Source: Octopus sinensis (lineage: Eukaryota). Taken from it: DNA of 64,000 nt. The stretch covers positions 84,258,001-84,322,000 of the forward strand of contig NC_043005.1 in the NCBI RefSeq assembly GCF_006345805.1. Reading direction: 5' to 3'. Shown here in pieces: positions 1 through 13,002 of this stretch. How positions within the stretch are numbered: the stretch's first letter is position 1; every line of letters starts with the position of its first letter. A program made the position numbers and the translations under genes. A model generated the notes under the pieces. That model made no database searches, was not told where the DNA came from, and saw only the letters and a list, made by a program, of their open reading frames with translations.

Positions 1-102
1 AAATTGTAAACACACATACAGGAAATGAATTATAAATAAAATTAAAAAAAAAATTAAAATCAATAACAACAATAACAATAATAATGATAATAACAATATT
101 AG

Positions 103-312
103 TCTCAAATTTTGGCACAAGGCCAGTAAGTTTGGGGGAGGGGATAAGTCCTTTACATTAACCCCAGTGCTCGACTGGTACTTATTTCAATGACTCCAAA
201 AGGACGAAGGGCAAAGTCGAATTTACTGGGATTTGAACTCAGTATGTAAAGACAGACAAAATACTGCTAAGCGGTTTGCTTGCCACAGTAACAATTGTGT
301 CAGCTTGCTGCC
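103..312 (-). mobile_element. SINE family B (tail type 2), diverged copy
   Basis: Reverse complement of the B body seen in 15+ copies in the window (..gaaggcaaagtcga..gatttgaactcag..); tail ttggcacaaggcc. Confidence 0.85.
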
Positions 313-398
313 TTCATAATAATAATAACAATAATAATAATGATAATAATAATAATAATGATAATAATAATAACGATTGTGATAGGGATATCAATGAT

Positions 399-787
399 GA
401 CGCAGGAGTGGCTGTATGGTAACTAGCTTGCTCCCTAATCACATGGTTTCTGATTCAGTCCCACTGCATGACACCTTGGGCAAGTGTTTTAACTATAGCC
501 TCAGACCAACCAAAGCCTTGGGAGTGGATTTGGTAGACGGAAACTAAAAGAAGCCTGTCATATATATATATGTGTGTGTGTGTGTGTTTATATGTTTGTA
601 CCCCCACCTCAACATTGCTTGACACCCAATGCTGGTGTGTTTATGTCCCTGTAACTTAACAGTTCAGCAGAAGCGACTGATAAAATAAGTACTTAGGCTT
701 GCAAAGAATAAGTCCTGGGGTTGATTTGTTTGACTAAAGGCGATGCTCCAGCATGGCCGCATTCAAATGACTGAAACAAGTAAAAGA

Positions 788-790
<3 letters not shown>
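399..790 (+). mobile_element. SINE family A, full length
   Basis: Head cgcaggagtggctgtatggt..tcagtcccactg (Pol III A/B-box-like), central (TA)/(TG) tract, tail gactgaaacaagtaaaaga; same layout recurs about 20 times. Confidence 0.92.
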
Positions 791-838
<48 letters not shown>

Positions 839-1789
839 TGTGAAGGGATGAGAGATATTAAATTGGAGCAAGTTCCTTACAAGCACTCTGTTAGAATCCA
901 GGTTTTGGCTAATCCCATTGAATGATATGGGACAACAGGAAATTTCTATAAGGTAGATAATTATGTGGTATTTCACCTGATGGACAAATTCTGAGTTTGT
1001 TTCTTTGGATTCTTTACAATGTACAGAGTGTATATTTATGACATTAAAATAAGAATGAAGAATTATACATTCACAATGACTGTTTATTACAGTACTGTAC
1101 ACAATATATTCACACTAAATCTCTGTCTGACATGTGTTTCTATGGTGTAGATATGCTAGGATGTGGCATCCAGTTGCATCCTGTTGGTTTAATTGCGTTA
1201 TGAGTTCATCCACGAAGCTTAATTCAAAGTGTTATCACTACAAGTCTTTGAAGATGCAGAAACAGAAATAAGAGAATGTGAGAAAAGAAAATAGAAACAC
1301 TCCCTGAAATAGTAATAGGTGACTTATGAATGAATGATGAAAGAATGAAGCAAGCAAATGCATAACTGAAATTGCCTGGACTTGTACATAACTACATAGC
1401 AATGAGTACATAGTGTAGACTATTTTAAAAGAGGGAAACACATATTTTGTTCAACAACAGGGATATTATAACCAACAGTTTCATTGTAATTGGTTCATCA
1501 GGTTATGGTTTATCCACCTTTATGCTTTGATTGTAGAGAGAAAATTATTTTCAGATTGAGTTATTGCTTAAGATTATTTTCCTCCTTTTTATTGCATACA
1601 CACACTCCTCTACATATACACTCACACACACACACACACATATATATAGACACACATATATACACATACATACAGGTAATCACATGCACATGTATTTATA
1701 AACACATATACACATATAAATGAACATGTGCGTATTATGTATTTGTATCTTTTTATTTCTCTCTCTCTCCCTAATATGTATATATATAT

Positions 1790-1831
<42 letters not shown>

Positions 1832-2381
1832 TATATATATATATATGTATGCATATATCTATCTATATATATATATATATATATATGTGGTGAGGTACAA
1901 TTGAATAGTTGGAAAATAAAACATATAGACAGATAGACATAGATATAAAAAGGGAGATAGATAGATAGGTATATATATATATATATTATATATATACATA
2001 CACACACATACACAGACACACAGATAGATATATTTATAGTTGAGTCAAACGAAATACAATGAAAGCGTGTCACTAAGATAAAAGCGAGAAAGTTGAACAA
2101 TATATATTTCCTAAACGATGATGTTTTTATCTTGGATTTTCATTCCCTTCAGACTCTCAGCAATGGCCCAGTGTTGTTAAAAGTACTATAAACATTAATA
2201 TTTTTCAATGATGGCTTTCTCCAAACATCAAAGACATTTTACATTAGTTCGCTGACGGCATCGGTGCTCTTTTATTTACTCTCTCCATTATGCTACGTGA
2301 GTGTGTGTGTGTGTGTATGTGTGTGTGCATGTATACATACATAAATATATATGTGAAATGTGTGTGTGTATGTGTGAGTGC

Positions 2382-2412
<31 letters not shown>

Positions 2413-3058
2413 AGCGAGTACATGTTTGTGTATATGTTTATATGTGTATTTATGTGAGTATAGGTAAATGTATATATAAATATAGAGGAGTGTGTGTGTG
2501 TGTGTGTGTGTACAGACATACCTCAAGTATTATTTGATTTATATAATAATGACTCTACATATTGGCATTGAGCCACAAGTTCACAGCCAGGGTGTGTAGA
2601 TTGCTGATTGAATCAAATTAACACTATTACGGTATATTTTCTTCCTTGATGGGTACTAATTTTACACCCTCAGAAAGAGGAAAAAATCCTACCCCACCCC
2701 ACAAAATAAAAACAGCAACAATAAAAAAAATTACCCTTTTCCATGTCCCCCACCACGTCTCTCCAAGAGTTCTTGGAAATCAGAGAATAGACTCGGGGAA
2801 ATTATTTATTGAAGGTTATTTATATTTAGTTCTGTGTTCCGACATTTGCACACCAGGAAATAAAGTGTGACAAGGCCGTACATTCTCTTTTGTACCAATA
2901 TGAACTTTCACCTGTCTTTGAGAAAATAACAATGGGAAAATACTACAAGACTTCATGTATACAGACCATGAAAGAGTGCATAACCAACCTAGCATACAGT
3001 AATGCCAATCACTATGGAATTATATCAACCTAAACATTGAATTAATAACATTGGGTAC

Positions 3059-3500
3059 TTAACCCTTTTGATACCAACCCACTTGAGACTGTCTTTGGTT
3101 CTGTAGTACAGACTTCCTGCTTCAAAGTGATCTAAAGTGAAACCTTGCATCAGAATTTCAGGTTCCAAGCACCATTCTAACAACGACAGATTTATTTTAC
3201 CAAACTCTTTATTATTTCCAAAATAAATTGAACCAAAGGCAATGTGTTTCAACAGAAATACACTGGGGAGTGCACCTGGTTCTAAGGTACGATATTCCTG
3301 TTTTGAGGTGATCTAAATTTAAACCTCCCAGGAAGATTTCTACATTATTTGCAAAATTAACGGAAACAAAGGCAGTGCATTTCAACAGAAATTTGGTAAC
3401 AAAAGGGTTCAGTATTAACACTTTTGATTCCAACCCACCCATGACTACCTATCATACAGACTTCCTCTTTTGGAATGATCTAAATTAAAGCCTTCCATCA
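3059..3500. mobile_element. Tandem run of diverged piggyBac-type MITE copies
   Basis: ttaacccttttgatacc.. start and ..ggtaacaaaagggtt ends; body similar to the 9217-9432 element in reverse orientation. Confidence 0.65.
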
Positions 3501-3955
3501 TCATCATCGTTTAACGTCTGCTTTCCATGCTAGCATGGGTTGGACGATTTTGACTGAGGGTTGGCGAACCAGATGGCTGCACCAGGCTCCAATCTTGATC
3601 TGGCAGAGTTTCTACAGCTTGATGCCCTTCCTAACGCCAACCACTCCGAGAGTGTAGTGGGTACTTTTTACGTGCCACCAGCATGGGGGCTAGTCAGGCA
3701 GTACTGGCAATGACCTCGCTTGAATCTTTTTACACATGCCACCGGCACAGTTGCCAGTAAGGCAATGTTGGTGACGATCACGCTCGAATGGTGCCCTTTT
3801 ATGTGCCACGGCACGAGGGCCAGTTAGGCGGTACTGGCAATGACCTCACTCGAATCTTTTTACACATGCCACTGGCACAGGTGCTAGTAGTAAGGCGATG
3901 TTGGTAACGATCACGCTCGAATGGTGCCCTTTTACATGTCACCGGCACGGAAGTT
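3500..3955 (-). mobile_element. SINE family C ((GAT)n tail, internal tandem units)
   Basis: catcatcatcgtttaacgtctgctttccatgctagc.. followed by repeated gtgccaccggcac-type units. Confidence 0.9.
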
Positions 3956-4396
3956 CCAAATAACGGAAAAGTTATTTCGGTAAATTCTTCATAATTTTCA
4001 TAATTGGAACAAAGAATTGTATTTCAACAGAAATATGCAAATGAAAGGGTTAAGAAACTACAAAATTCTTTCCATGAATGGTTGCCAAATAAAATACAAT
4101 CTTCATTTCTTTCTCTTTCTATCTTTTTGTTGAAAATGCTGCTCTCTTGACAAGTTGTGTATGAAGTACTTGGCCCAACTCTATTCATATCTAAGGTACT
4201 GGCAGAACTTTGGGTTAGAGAAAAACTAAACCAGCTCAAAATAATAAAGAAAAATATATTTCCTACAAAGTATGTATGTACATAGCAACACAATTTCTTT
4301 CAAATTTCAATAACTATGTAGAATAGTTATTGGTGCAAATGTGACTGTGTGGTTAAGAAGTTTTCTTCCTGACTGCATGGTTCCAAGTTCAGTTCC

Positions 4397-4660
4397 AAAA
4401 GAAGGTGAGAAAAAATAGTACTCAAATACCAGAGGTAGAGTAATATACTTTATTAATATAACTGCAAAGATATCACAGAAACTGTTATTCAGAGTTTCAC
4501 AGTCCCGTTTGTCGGACAGTTTTGTTTCTAAACAAAGCTGTCCGATGAACGGGAACCTGAATCTCTGGGTAACAGTTTTTGTGATAGCTTTGCAGTTATT
4601 TTAATAAAGCATATTACTCTACCTCTGGTATTTGAGTACTATTTTTTCCCACCTTGTTTT
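4397..4660. mobile_element. ~264-bp near-perfect foldback element with a degenerate hammerhead motif in each arm
   Basis: Arms 4397-4527 and 4530-4660 are reverse complements with scattered mismatches and a 2-nt centre; hammerhead-like ctgt-ccgatga-acgggaacct-gaat..gta-acag at 4538-4575 and its mirror at 4482-4519. Confidence 0.85.
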
Positions 4661-4679
4661 GCATTTATGTGCTTACTCT

Positions 4680-4719
<40 letters not shown>

Positions 4720-5377
4720 TATATATATATATATATTACATACATAGAAAAATATGTTCATATATAAATATAGACACTACATGTGTAACAAAATGCATTC
4801 ACACACATGAAGACTCATACATAGCAAAAGAAAAAGTCACATGTTATTGTGATGTAGTCTGGGATATATTATTGCCTAAAAACAAAATAAAAAAAAACTG
4901 AAGAGAAAAAGGAGAAGCAAGAATGGTCATAACTTGAATACATTTTGATCATAGGTCTGTTTGATCAATGTTAGCCTGGGGCTAAATAATAACAAAAACA
5001 GCAACAACAATAAAACAATTTCCTTTTTTGCCAATATTTATGGCTGTAACAGTCAATGGTGCAAACTATCTAAAACTACTGACCACAGACATATATTGAA
5101 GACCATGTCCGCAAACACGAGTACATAGCAACATAGTTTCTTCCAGGCTATTGCTAACTATAAAAGGTTACTTGTGTAAAAAAAGAAAAGAAAAAGAAAC
5201 AATTACATTGATATACTGACCACATATAGGAGGAGAGAGAGAGAGGAAGAGAGAGAGAGAGAGAGAAAGCGAGAGAGAGAAAGAGGGAGAGAGAGAGAGA
5301 ATAAGCCATACACAAATACGTCTATGTGGCAAGAAAGCTGCTTTCATACATTGTTAACTGTAATAGCAATTCAAAAT

Positions 5378-5690
5378 AGAAGGTGCGGCAGAAAAACCTC
5401 CCAAATTTTATACAACAGTTTTTATGATTCTTGTAAAGTTAGACAGATAAAAATGATGTCTTAATATAACTGATGTCTCACCATCTTTAAAAATTACTAT
5501 TATGGTTCGGATTGGTACACACTGTACATCTGGTGATCTGATGTTCAAACATCAACCTGTAAAATGTGAGAATATCTATTGCATCCTCCCCACACACATG
5601 TATACAGTGTGTGGCAGAAAAATCTGCCATATTTTTTTTGAACATTAGTGTGACACTAGTAAAGTTAAGCCAGTGATAATAGCATCATCA
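5378..5690 (+). mobile_element. Two terminal fragments of the Tc1/mariner-type long-TIR family seen at 29668-31181
   Basis: ggtgcggcagaaaaacctcccaaatttta (about 5381) and tacagtgtgtggcagaaaaatctgccatatttt (about 5603) match that TIR. Confidence 0.6.
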
Positions 5691-5754
5691 TGTTAATTAT
5701 GTTTTACTGTTTTATTACCAGTCATCAGTATGGGATTGGTGCTCGCCTTGCACC

Positions 5755-5798
5755 ACAGTCTGATGAAGGTGAGAAAACTGAAACTTTGAAGTCACTGT
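5755..5798 (+). ncRNA. Minimal type-I hammerhead ribozyme motif
   Basis: ACAGT-CTGATGA-A-GGT-gagaaa-ACT-GAA-ACTT-tg-AAGT-C|ACTGT: perfect 5-bp stem I, canonical core, GUC triplet, near-palindromic stem III. Confidence 0.75.
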
Positions 5799-6164
5799 CA
5801 AACTTTTTTTATGTAAAAGTTAACGAATATGCAATACTAAAAATTATTCAATAATTCTCCAGTTTAAGAGTACCGTATTTTAGCATAAACAAAGAACCCT
5901 CTTTTGTTAAAAATTAGGTTAAAATAAAATGGGAGTTTCTTATACATAAATAATATTATAATCCAAATTTTAAGCCCCCAAAACAAAGGAATTCCTTGTA
6001 CACAAGGGTTGTTTATATACATTAAAATATGGTAAATTGTTTTTTTTTTTTATGTAACTTGACTTTAAAGTAAACATCCACAAACATTTTGTGCCTGTGT
6101 ATGAGTGTATAATGAGTATACACGCATTATGTGTTTGTATATTTATCACTCGTTGGTGATATCT

Positions 6165-6588
6165 GTCAAGATTTCTACAGCTGGATGCCCTTTCTAATGC
6201 CAACCACTCCAAGAGTGTAGTGGGTGCTTTTTACATGCCACCAGCATGGAAGCCAGTCAGGCAGCACTGGCAACGACCCACACATGAATGGTGCTTATTG
6301 CATGCCACCAATACGGGTGCCAGTCAAGTGGCATTGGCATCAGCCACAACTACAATTTCCATTTTTGATTTCGATTTGATTGAGATTCTGATTGTGATTT
6401 GACTTTCGATTTTTGATTTTGAATTTTGAATTTTGATTTTATTCGACTATTTAACTTATCACTAACTTGTGTTTATTTTTAGCAAAATTCAAGCATGGCA
6501 TGTCCCCCTACGATTCAGAGGTACTTTTTAAATGGGTTGGTTATGTGACACTGGTATAGGCTACAGCTGTGATTTCACTTTACTTGCC
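6165..6588 (-). mobile_element. SINE family C, interrupted by a (GATTT)n tract and a 46-bp foreign segment
   Basis: C sequence at 6165-6355 resumes at about 6500-6588 (cf. the intact copy at 28000-28560). Confidence 0.7.
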
Positions 6589-7293
6589 GATATATATATA
6601 TATATATATATATATGCAATAATAAGTAAAAGGAAAACCTTTGTTGCAGCACACCTAATTAGTGCTCTGTATGAGCAAAATATAACATAAATCAAAGTGG
6701 AGAACAGATTTTCGTAGGTCAAATTCCTTTATCTTGGGATTACAAAACTACATAAAAAGTACATTGAGATATTAGGTTTCAAGCGCTCCATTATTACAAT
6801 CCAAAGAAAAGTAGTAGCACAAAACCTTATGATTGTTTCGAGGAAGGCATTTGTATTGGGCGAATTTTCCATCTGATACAAATAGTCGCATTTCTCTCAT
6901 CAGAAATACAAATAAAATTATTAAAATAGTTTAAAAATTGAAAAAGCTTAAAATGTCTCCTACTTATAAAGCTTGAGGTCATATTGAGTAATGTTATAGT
7001 TTTAAAAAATGTTATAGTATTTTTAAAAAAGTTTGCAAGGATATAGAAAAAGGCTTTGTTGAAGTGAAAAAAAGTTGTGAAGTAAAACATTTGTGTATAT
7101 AAATATATATATGTGTGTGTAGATGTTGAACAATGAGAATGAGTGCTCAACACTGCAGTGGTGGATAAAGATCCTTCATTTGTATATTAAGGCTACCATT
7201 GGTTTCATGTTAAGAAAAATATCTTAATATCTTAATTTATCAAGTCAGTCACTTGGTGGAAAGACGTTCATTTCCATTTTGGATGAAAATACA

Positions 7294-7338
<45 letters not shown>

Positions 7339-7344
7339 TATATC

Positions 7345-7760
7345 ATCATCATCATTGTTTAATGTCTGTTTTCCATGCTGGTAGGGGTTGGATGGTTCAA
7401 CTCGGGGTCTTGGAAGCCAGGAGGCTGCACCAGGCTCCAGTCTGATCTGGCAGTGTTTCTACAGGTGGATGTCTTTCCTAACACCAACCACTCCGAGAGT
7501 GTAGTGGGTGCTTTTTATGTGCCAGTGGCACAGGGGCCAGAGGGGGCTGGCATTGACAACATTTGGATGGTGCTTTTATGTGCCACTGGCACGGGAGCCA
7601 TAGGGGGCCGGCATCGACCACGTTTGGATGGTGCTTTTATGTGCCACCAGCACAGGAGCCAGTCAAGGGGGTGCTAGCATCAGCGACATTCGGATGGTGC
7701 TTTCTACATGCCACTGGCACAGGAGCCAATCGGGGTGAGGGGGCTGGCAGCGACCACGTT
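7345..7760 (-). mobile_element. SINE family C
   Basis: catcatcattgtttaatgtctgttttccatgctgg.. plus four or more ggatggtgcttttatgtgcc units. Confidence 0.9.
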
Positions 7761-7763
7761 TGT

Positions 7764-7817
<54 letters not shown>

Positions 7818-9216
7818 ATATAGATATATGTATATATATCACTAGCTCACTATGTAGAGTGCTCCATCCGTTTGTCTCTTTCTCTGGTAGTGTTAATTCC
7901 TTTTGAAGATATCTGTGACACTCTTTCTTCCTCTGTAATATTTTTGATGTCTAAAACAACATCTCATATATTTATTGTAGCGAATCCTAATTTACCAAAG
8001 CTAAAAGGATTTGTTGACTGGCAACGAATATTAAAACCATTTTAACTGCTATAAAAACTAAAAAACTATTTAACTTATCACTAACTTGTGTTTATTTTTA
8101 GCAAAATTCATAATTTTCTATAAAGCATCAGAATGGAGTTTGGCTGCATTTTGTTTTTTCAACTGAGAGCCTACTTGTATGGTTTTAATGCTAACCAATT
8201 GAAGTGGCATTGAATGTTTTTATGGCATGAGAACAAGGAGAAAGTTATTGTGTCTAATGCACCAACTAATAATATTGCATTTGTTTTCCTTCTTTTTTGT
8301 TGATTAATTTGCAAAGATGGTGTGTGTCTGTGTATGTGTGTGTGTGTGTGTGTGTAGCCATTTCAAGTCCTCCTTCTTGGTAAAGCATCACATCTTTTGT
8401 TAAATCCAAATAAATTTTAGCTGCATTTGCTCAATCATGTTCAAACACTTTTTTTTTTTAAACTCTAAGAATTTGAATTAGGTTTTTTTTTGTGTGTGTT
8501 TTATTGATTTTTTTTTCATATTTAAAAAAAAAAATTTATTGTTTTCTTATTTTGTTACACTTTTTATGTCCCCCCCCCCGCCCTGCCTTTCTCATCTTAA
8601 CTGTCTGAATATTTACATATGAAGTGAGAGGTGTTAAGAACTAGAAGAAGATAAACGTGTTGGTTGGATGATGTAAAAAAAGACAAGAGAGAGGGGAGAG
8701 AGAGACAGAGAGGCAAAGGAGAGAATGCTAATGAAAAAAACTGTCTAAGACAAACAAATAGCAGACAAACACCGCAGTGAATTAATTATGGAGTATTTTT
8801 TCCAAACTGTCTTATAGATTATATTTTATATATTTCAAACGAGAAATTCACCCACTGCAGACCAAAAGGACATTTACACTTTCGTCAGCAATTGTAGCTA
8901 AACCAACCTTTGATAACATCATTAATCATAATGACCAGTAATTAATGACATCATTATTTATAGACGATCATTATTTTGATGACAGCAGCAATTGTACCAA
9001 ATGAATATTTGACTTTATTGAGTGATACAAGATGTTTCTCAGGTTTCTTCGGGGAGTGAAATTATGGTTGAAAATACTCCCAAAAAGCTTCTTAATGTTG
9101 TCTTTATTTTAAGAGGGGACAACAGTTTAGGCACCAATTACCATAGCATTTCTGTGAGGAAATGAATAGCAACTGCAGGTATTAGTAGCTTTGTAAGAAA
9201 TTAATGGGTTATTTAA

Positions 9217-9432
9217 CCCTTTCGTTACTGTATTTATTTTGAGATGCTCTGTGTTTCTTTCAATTAATTTTAAATATAACAAAGAATTTAGTAATAATAA
9301 CTTAGTTATCATTCAGCTAGTGTCAGGAACATAAATTGTGACTAAGGTTTGGTGGAAGATTTTAATTCAAAACTTATGAAAACAAGACATTTGTACTCAG
9401 AGCCGGTTTCAGCCGGGTTGGTAACGAAAGGG
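9217..9432. mobile_element. piggyBac-type MITE
   Basis: TTAA at 9213-9216 and 9433-9436; TIR ccctttcgttac / gtaacgaaaggg. TTAA target plus CCC termini is the piggyBac signature. Confidence 0.88.
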
Positions 9433-9538
9433 TTAACAGGTCTGTTATTGTACCTGATGTAAGTGGACAAAAGAAGTGGAATTGATGACATTAGCAATCA
9501 CACCTAACAAATTTTTGATGGCATTATTATGAATTAAA

Positions 9539-9757
9539 GGCAGCAAACTGGCAGAGCTGTTAGCACACTAGACAAAATGCTTAGCGGCATTTCACCCATC
9601 TCTACGCTCTGAGTTCAAATTCTGCTGAGGTCGACTTTGCCTTTCATCCTTTCAGGGTCGATAAATTAAGTACCAGTTACACACTGGGGGTCAATGTAAT
9701 CGACTAGTCCCCTCCCACCAAATTTCAGGTCTTGTGCCTATAGTAGAAAGGATTATT
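9539..9757 (+). mobile_element. SINE family B (tail type 2)
   Basis: ggcagcaaactggcagag..gagttcaaattc..gtcgactttgcctttcatcc..gtgcctatagtagaaagg. Confidence 0.9.
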
Positions 9758-9789
9758 ATAAATTATAGTCAACCGATTGTTGATGACAT

Positions 9790-10330
9790 CATCATCATTG
9801 TTTAGTGTCCATCTTCCATGCTGACGTGAGTTGGATGGTTTGAAAGGATCTGATAGGACAGAAGATTACATCAAGCCCCAAAGACTGTTTTGGCATGGTT
9901 CCTATGGCTGGATGCCCTTTCTAATGCCAACCACTTTGCAGCATGTATTGGGTGCTTTTCCCATGGCACCAGCACTAGTGTGGTCACCAAGAAACTTGCA
10001 AGACAAAAAAGTGCCCTCACTTTAATGACAGGGTGGGATGGGGTGTAATATTAAGGGAGATGGCTTTATACAAGGTGTTCAGAGATTAAAGTATGATAGA
10101 CGGAGAGGAACAAATATCTTACAGTACAGTACAGGAGATGCATGGCTACTCCAGCAGAAATGGGAGATGTTGGTGAATGTAAGTGAGACTAGGGACAGAG
10201 GATCGGAAAGGGTCAATTAGTTTGTAAGTGTGTGTAAGGAATATGGCAGATGGTTAGAGATGGAGTGAGAGGTGAATGTTTAGAATAAGAAACATGGGTC
10301 AATGGTGAATATGTGTTGATTTTTGAGATG
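9790..10330. mobile_element. C-related repeat with alternative body; homologous to 62100-62530 in opposite orientation
   Basis: C tail, then gcaccagcactagtgtggtcaccaag; the segments ttaaagtatga.. and atggcagatggttagag also occur reverse-complemented at 62100-62500. Confidence 0.55.
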
Positions 10331-10428
10331 TGTGAGGTGAAGGAAGAGGCATAGATCAAGGGGGAGGAAGAGGTGATAAGTGAGATGGGTGAGGGGGAGG
10401 AAGAGGTGGTAGTGACAGCTATTATCTT

Positions 10429-10812
10429 TTTCCTTTTACTCGGTTCAGTCATTTGACTGTGGCCAAGCTGGAGCACTGCTTTGAAGAAATTTTAGCCATG
10501 TAAACGACTCCAGCATTTTTTCTTTTTTTTTTGTTCTAAGCTTGGTACTTATTCTATCGACCTCTATTGTTGAACTGCTAAGTTAAGAGGATGTAAACCA
10601 ACCGGTGTTGGTGTGTTTACATCAAGCAGTGGTGGGGGACAACCACACACACACAAACATGTTTTAGTTTCAGTCTAAGAAATCCACTTACAAGGCTTTG
10701 GTTGACCTCTGGCTATGGTAGAAGATACTTGTCCAAGGTGTCATGCAGTGAGACTGAACCTGCAACTATGTGGTTACAAAGTATGCTGCTAACCACACAG
10801 CCACACCTGCAC
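10429..10812 (-). mobile_element. SINE family A, full length
   Basis: Reverse complement of the A tail, body and head (..ccacacagccacacctgc). Confidence 0.88.
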
Positions 10813-11394
10813 TAATTGTTGATGACATCAGCAATTATATTTAATGAATTGTTGACGGTATTAGCAATGTAAACAAGCAGCATTTGATGACATCATCAAT
10901 CGTAAATAATGAACCTTTGATGCTATTAATAATAATTAAAGCCAAATAACAGCATTTGGTGTCATTAGTAATTGTAAGCAAACAATAATTAATGAATCTA
11001 GCATCAATAATAATTAGTGGTGACGTTGTCAATCATAGACAACTGGCTTTGCTTTTGATAAATTCATCAATATTAAATAATGAGAATTTAGTTATATCAC
11101 CAATTATTACTAATCAGAATTTGTTGACACCACCAGCTAATTAGTAACATCACCAATCATAGCCAAAATTCCAATTTTAATATGTATAACCGTAGTTAAT
11201 AAGCTAATGGTAATTTCTCCAACCAAATATGAAAAACCAGTGGTACCATAGACAATTCAGTCGACAAACCAATAGAAACATAAAGAGCTTTGTGAGTGGA
11301 TTTGATGGACAGAAACAGGAAAAAGCCCGTTACGTGAATGTGTGTGTGTGTGTGAGAGAGAGAGAGAGTGTGCCTCTGTGTCTCTGTTAGAATC

Positions 11395-11536
11395 ACCTAT
11401 GTAGAATGGTTCTAGCTTCAGTCCCACTATGTGACACCTTGGGCAAGTGTCTACTGCTATAGCTCTGGATCAAACAAAACCTTGTGAGTGGATTTGGTGA
11501 ATAGAAACTGAAAGAAGCTTGTTGTGTGTGTGTGAG

Positions 11537-11619
<83 letters not shown>

Positions 11620-11830
11620 ATGTGTGTTTGTCCCCCACCACTGCTTGACAACTGGTGTTGGTATGTTTATGTTCCTGTAACTTAGCAGTTTGGCAAAAGA
11701 GATCAACAGAATAAATACTAGGTTTAAACATTAAAAATAAGTAGTGGGGTCGATTCATTTGACTGAAAATTCTTCAAGGCAGTGCTCCAGCATGGCCACA
11801 GTCTAATGACTGAAATGATTAAAAGAAAAA
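11395..11830 (+). mobile_element. SINE family A
   Basis: tcagtcccactatgtgacaccttgggcaagtgtc..(TG/TA)n..gactgaaatgattaaaaga. Confidence 0.88.
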
Positions 11831-11934
11831 TCTAAATACGACAAACCAATACTAACATGGTTAACTGTAACTCATAAACCGATGGTAAACTTGCTAATTT
11901 TAACCAAAGCAGCATTGATAACATCCCCAGGTTT

Positions 11935-12120
11935 AATCAGTTTGTATGGGTTGGATGGTTTGAAAAGGATTGGACAAACCAGAGGACTGCATTGAACTCC
12001 AGCATCTGCTTTGGGTATCTTCTGCAGCTGGATACCTCTTTTAATGTCAACCACTTTAAAGAGTGTTCTGGGTGCTTTTCATGTGTCACTGGCACCGGTG
12101 AGGTCACTAAGTAACTGATA
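11935..12120 (-). mobile_element. SINE family C-related fragment
   Basis: gggttggatggtttg..cagctggatacctcttttaatgtcaaccac. Confidence 0.7.
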
Positions 12121-12227
12121 ACCAACAGGTTCACATCATCGGTTCATCAAATATCAAAGAGTTCTAACATTTAGCCATCAGTAAGTGGCGGTAATATAAA
12201 GTATTCATTATTAATTGTGACAGACTA

Positions 12228-12441
12228 CACAGGTGTGAAAACCTCCTGGTTTTAAAGGTATTGCGAAAAGCCTGGTTGAAGGCTTAACCTTCTGAGTTCT
12301 TTTACAGGGCTTAGAAAAACTGAAGAACTGCTGCAATAATTGTGTGAACCTGAGAGGGGAATGTGTTGAATAAAATCATAATTAACTGATCCTCCTGTAT
12401 TTTCCTTTACCCAGAGCCAGGAACTTTTCAGCACCACTTTG
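12228..12441. mobile_element. Tc1/mariner-type MITE
   Basis: TA at 12226-27 and 12442-43; imperfect TIRs cacaggtgtgaaaaacctcctgg / ccaggaacttttcagcaccactttg. Confidence 0.75.
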
Positions 12442-12564
12442 TATGTTATATTATAACAGTCATAAATTTATAACTCATGTTGTTATTGTCTTTTTCTCTC
12501 ACTAATCATTTCTCTGTTTCATTCTCTCAGTTTTGTACTTTTTTCTGACGAAGTATTAACCCTT

Positions 12565-12803
12565 TTTTGCTCGACCATTTTTGCCTATGGACCCCTTTGA
12601 TTTCTATTTTACTCCACTGGACCCTCATGTTAAAAAAATCCCATTATATCTTTAGAATTAAATATGAGTAGAAATTGTTAAAAAAAATTGTTAAAATTTT
12701 TATGTACTGTCAAAGTATAACACATTTATTGCAGATAAATTTTAGCAATAAAATCTCATATGAATCCCCTAAGAGTCATATGGACCCCAACTGAAAACTA
12801 CTG
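12565..12803. mobile_element. hAT (Charlie-like) MITE, diverged
   Basis: End ggaccccaactgaaaactactg resembles a GAGAACCACTG terminus; body matches 46616-46870 reversed. Confidence 0.65.
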
Positions 12804-13002
12804 AGACCTTATGATTTTTATTCTTAATAAATCATTTGGCAAATATCATTGCTCCTTTTTCTGATAGAGGGCTAATGTCCAAAACATTAAGGCTAATTCT
12901 CTTCTCATTAAAGCCTTAAACTGATATTGTACTCGCTAAACCTTGTCTCTCCTGTGTTGTCTTTTTTATTATTCATTGTATTTACACTCTGGTACAAGCT
13001 GT

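Noticed and set aside
5691-5730. Minus-strand CTGATGA-hairpin-AAAAC next to the 5755 ribozyme
   Set aside because: GAAA core absent and no convincing stem I or III.
12252-12437. 61-aa ORF with ordinary composition, possible exon
   Set aside because: It lies entirely within a TA-flanked mariner-type MITE.
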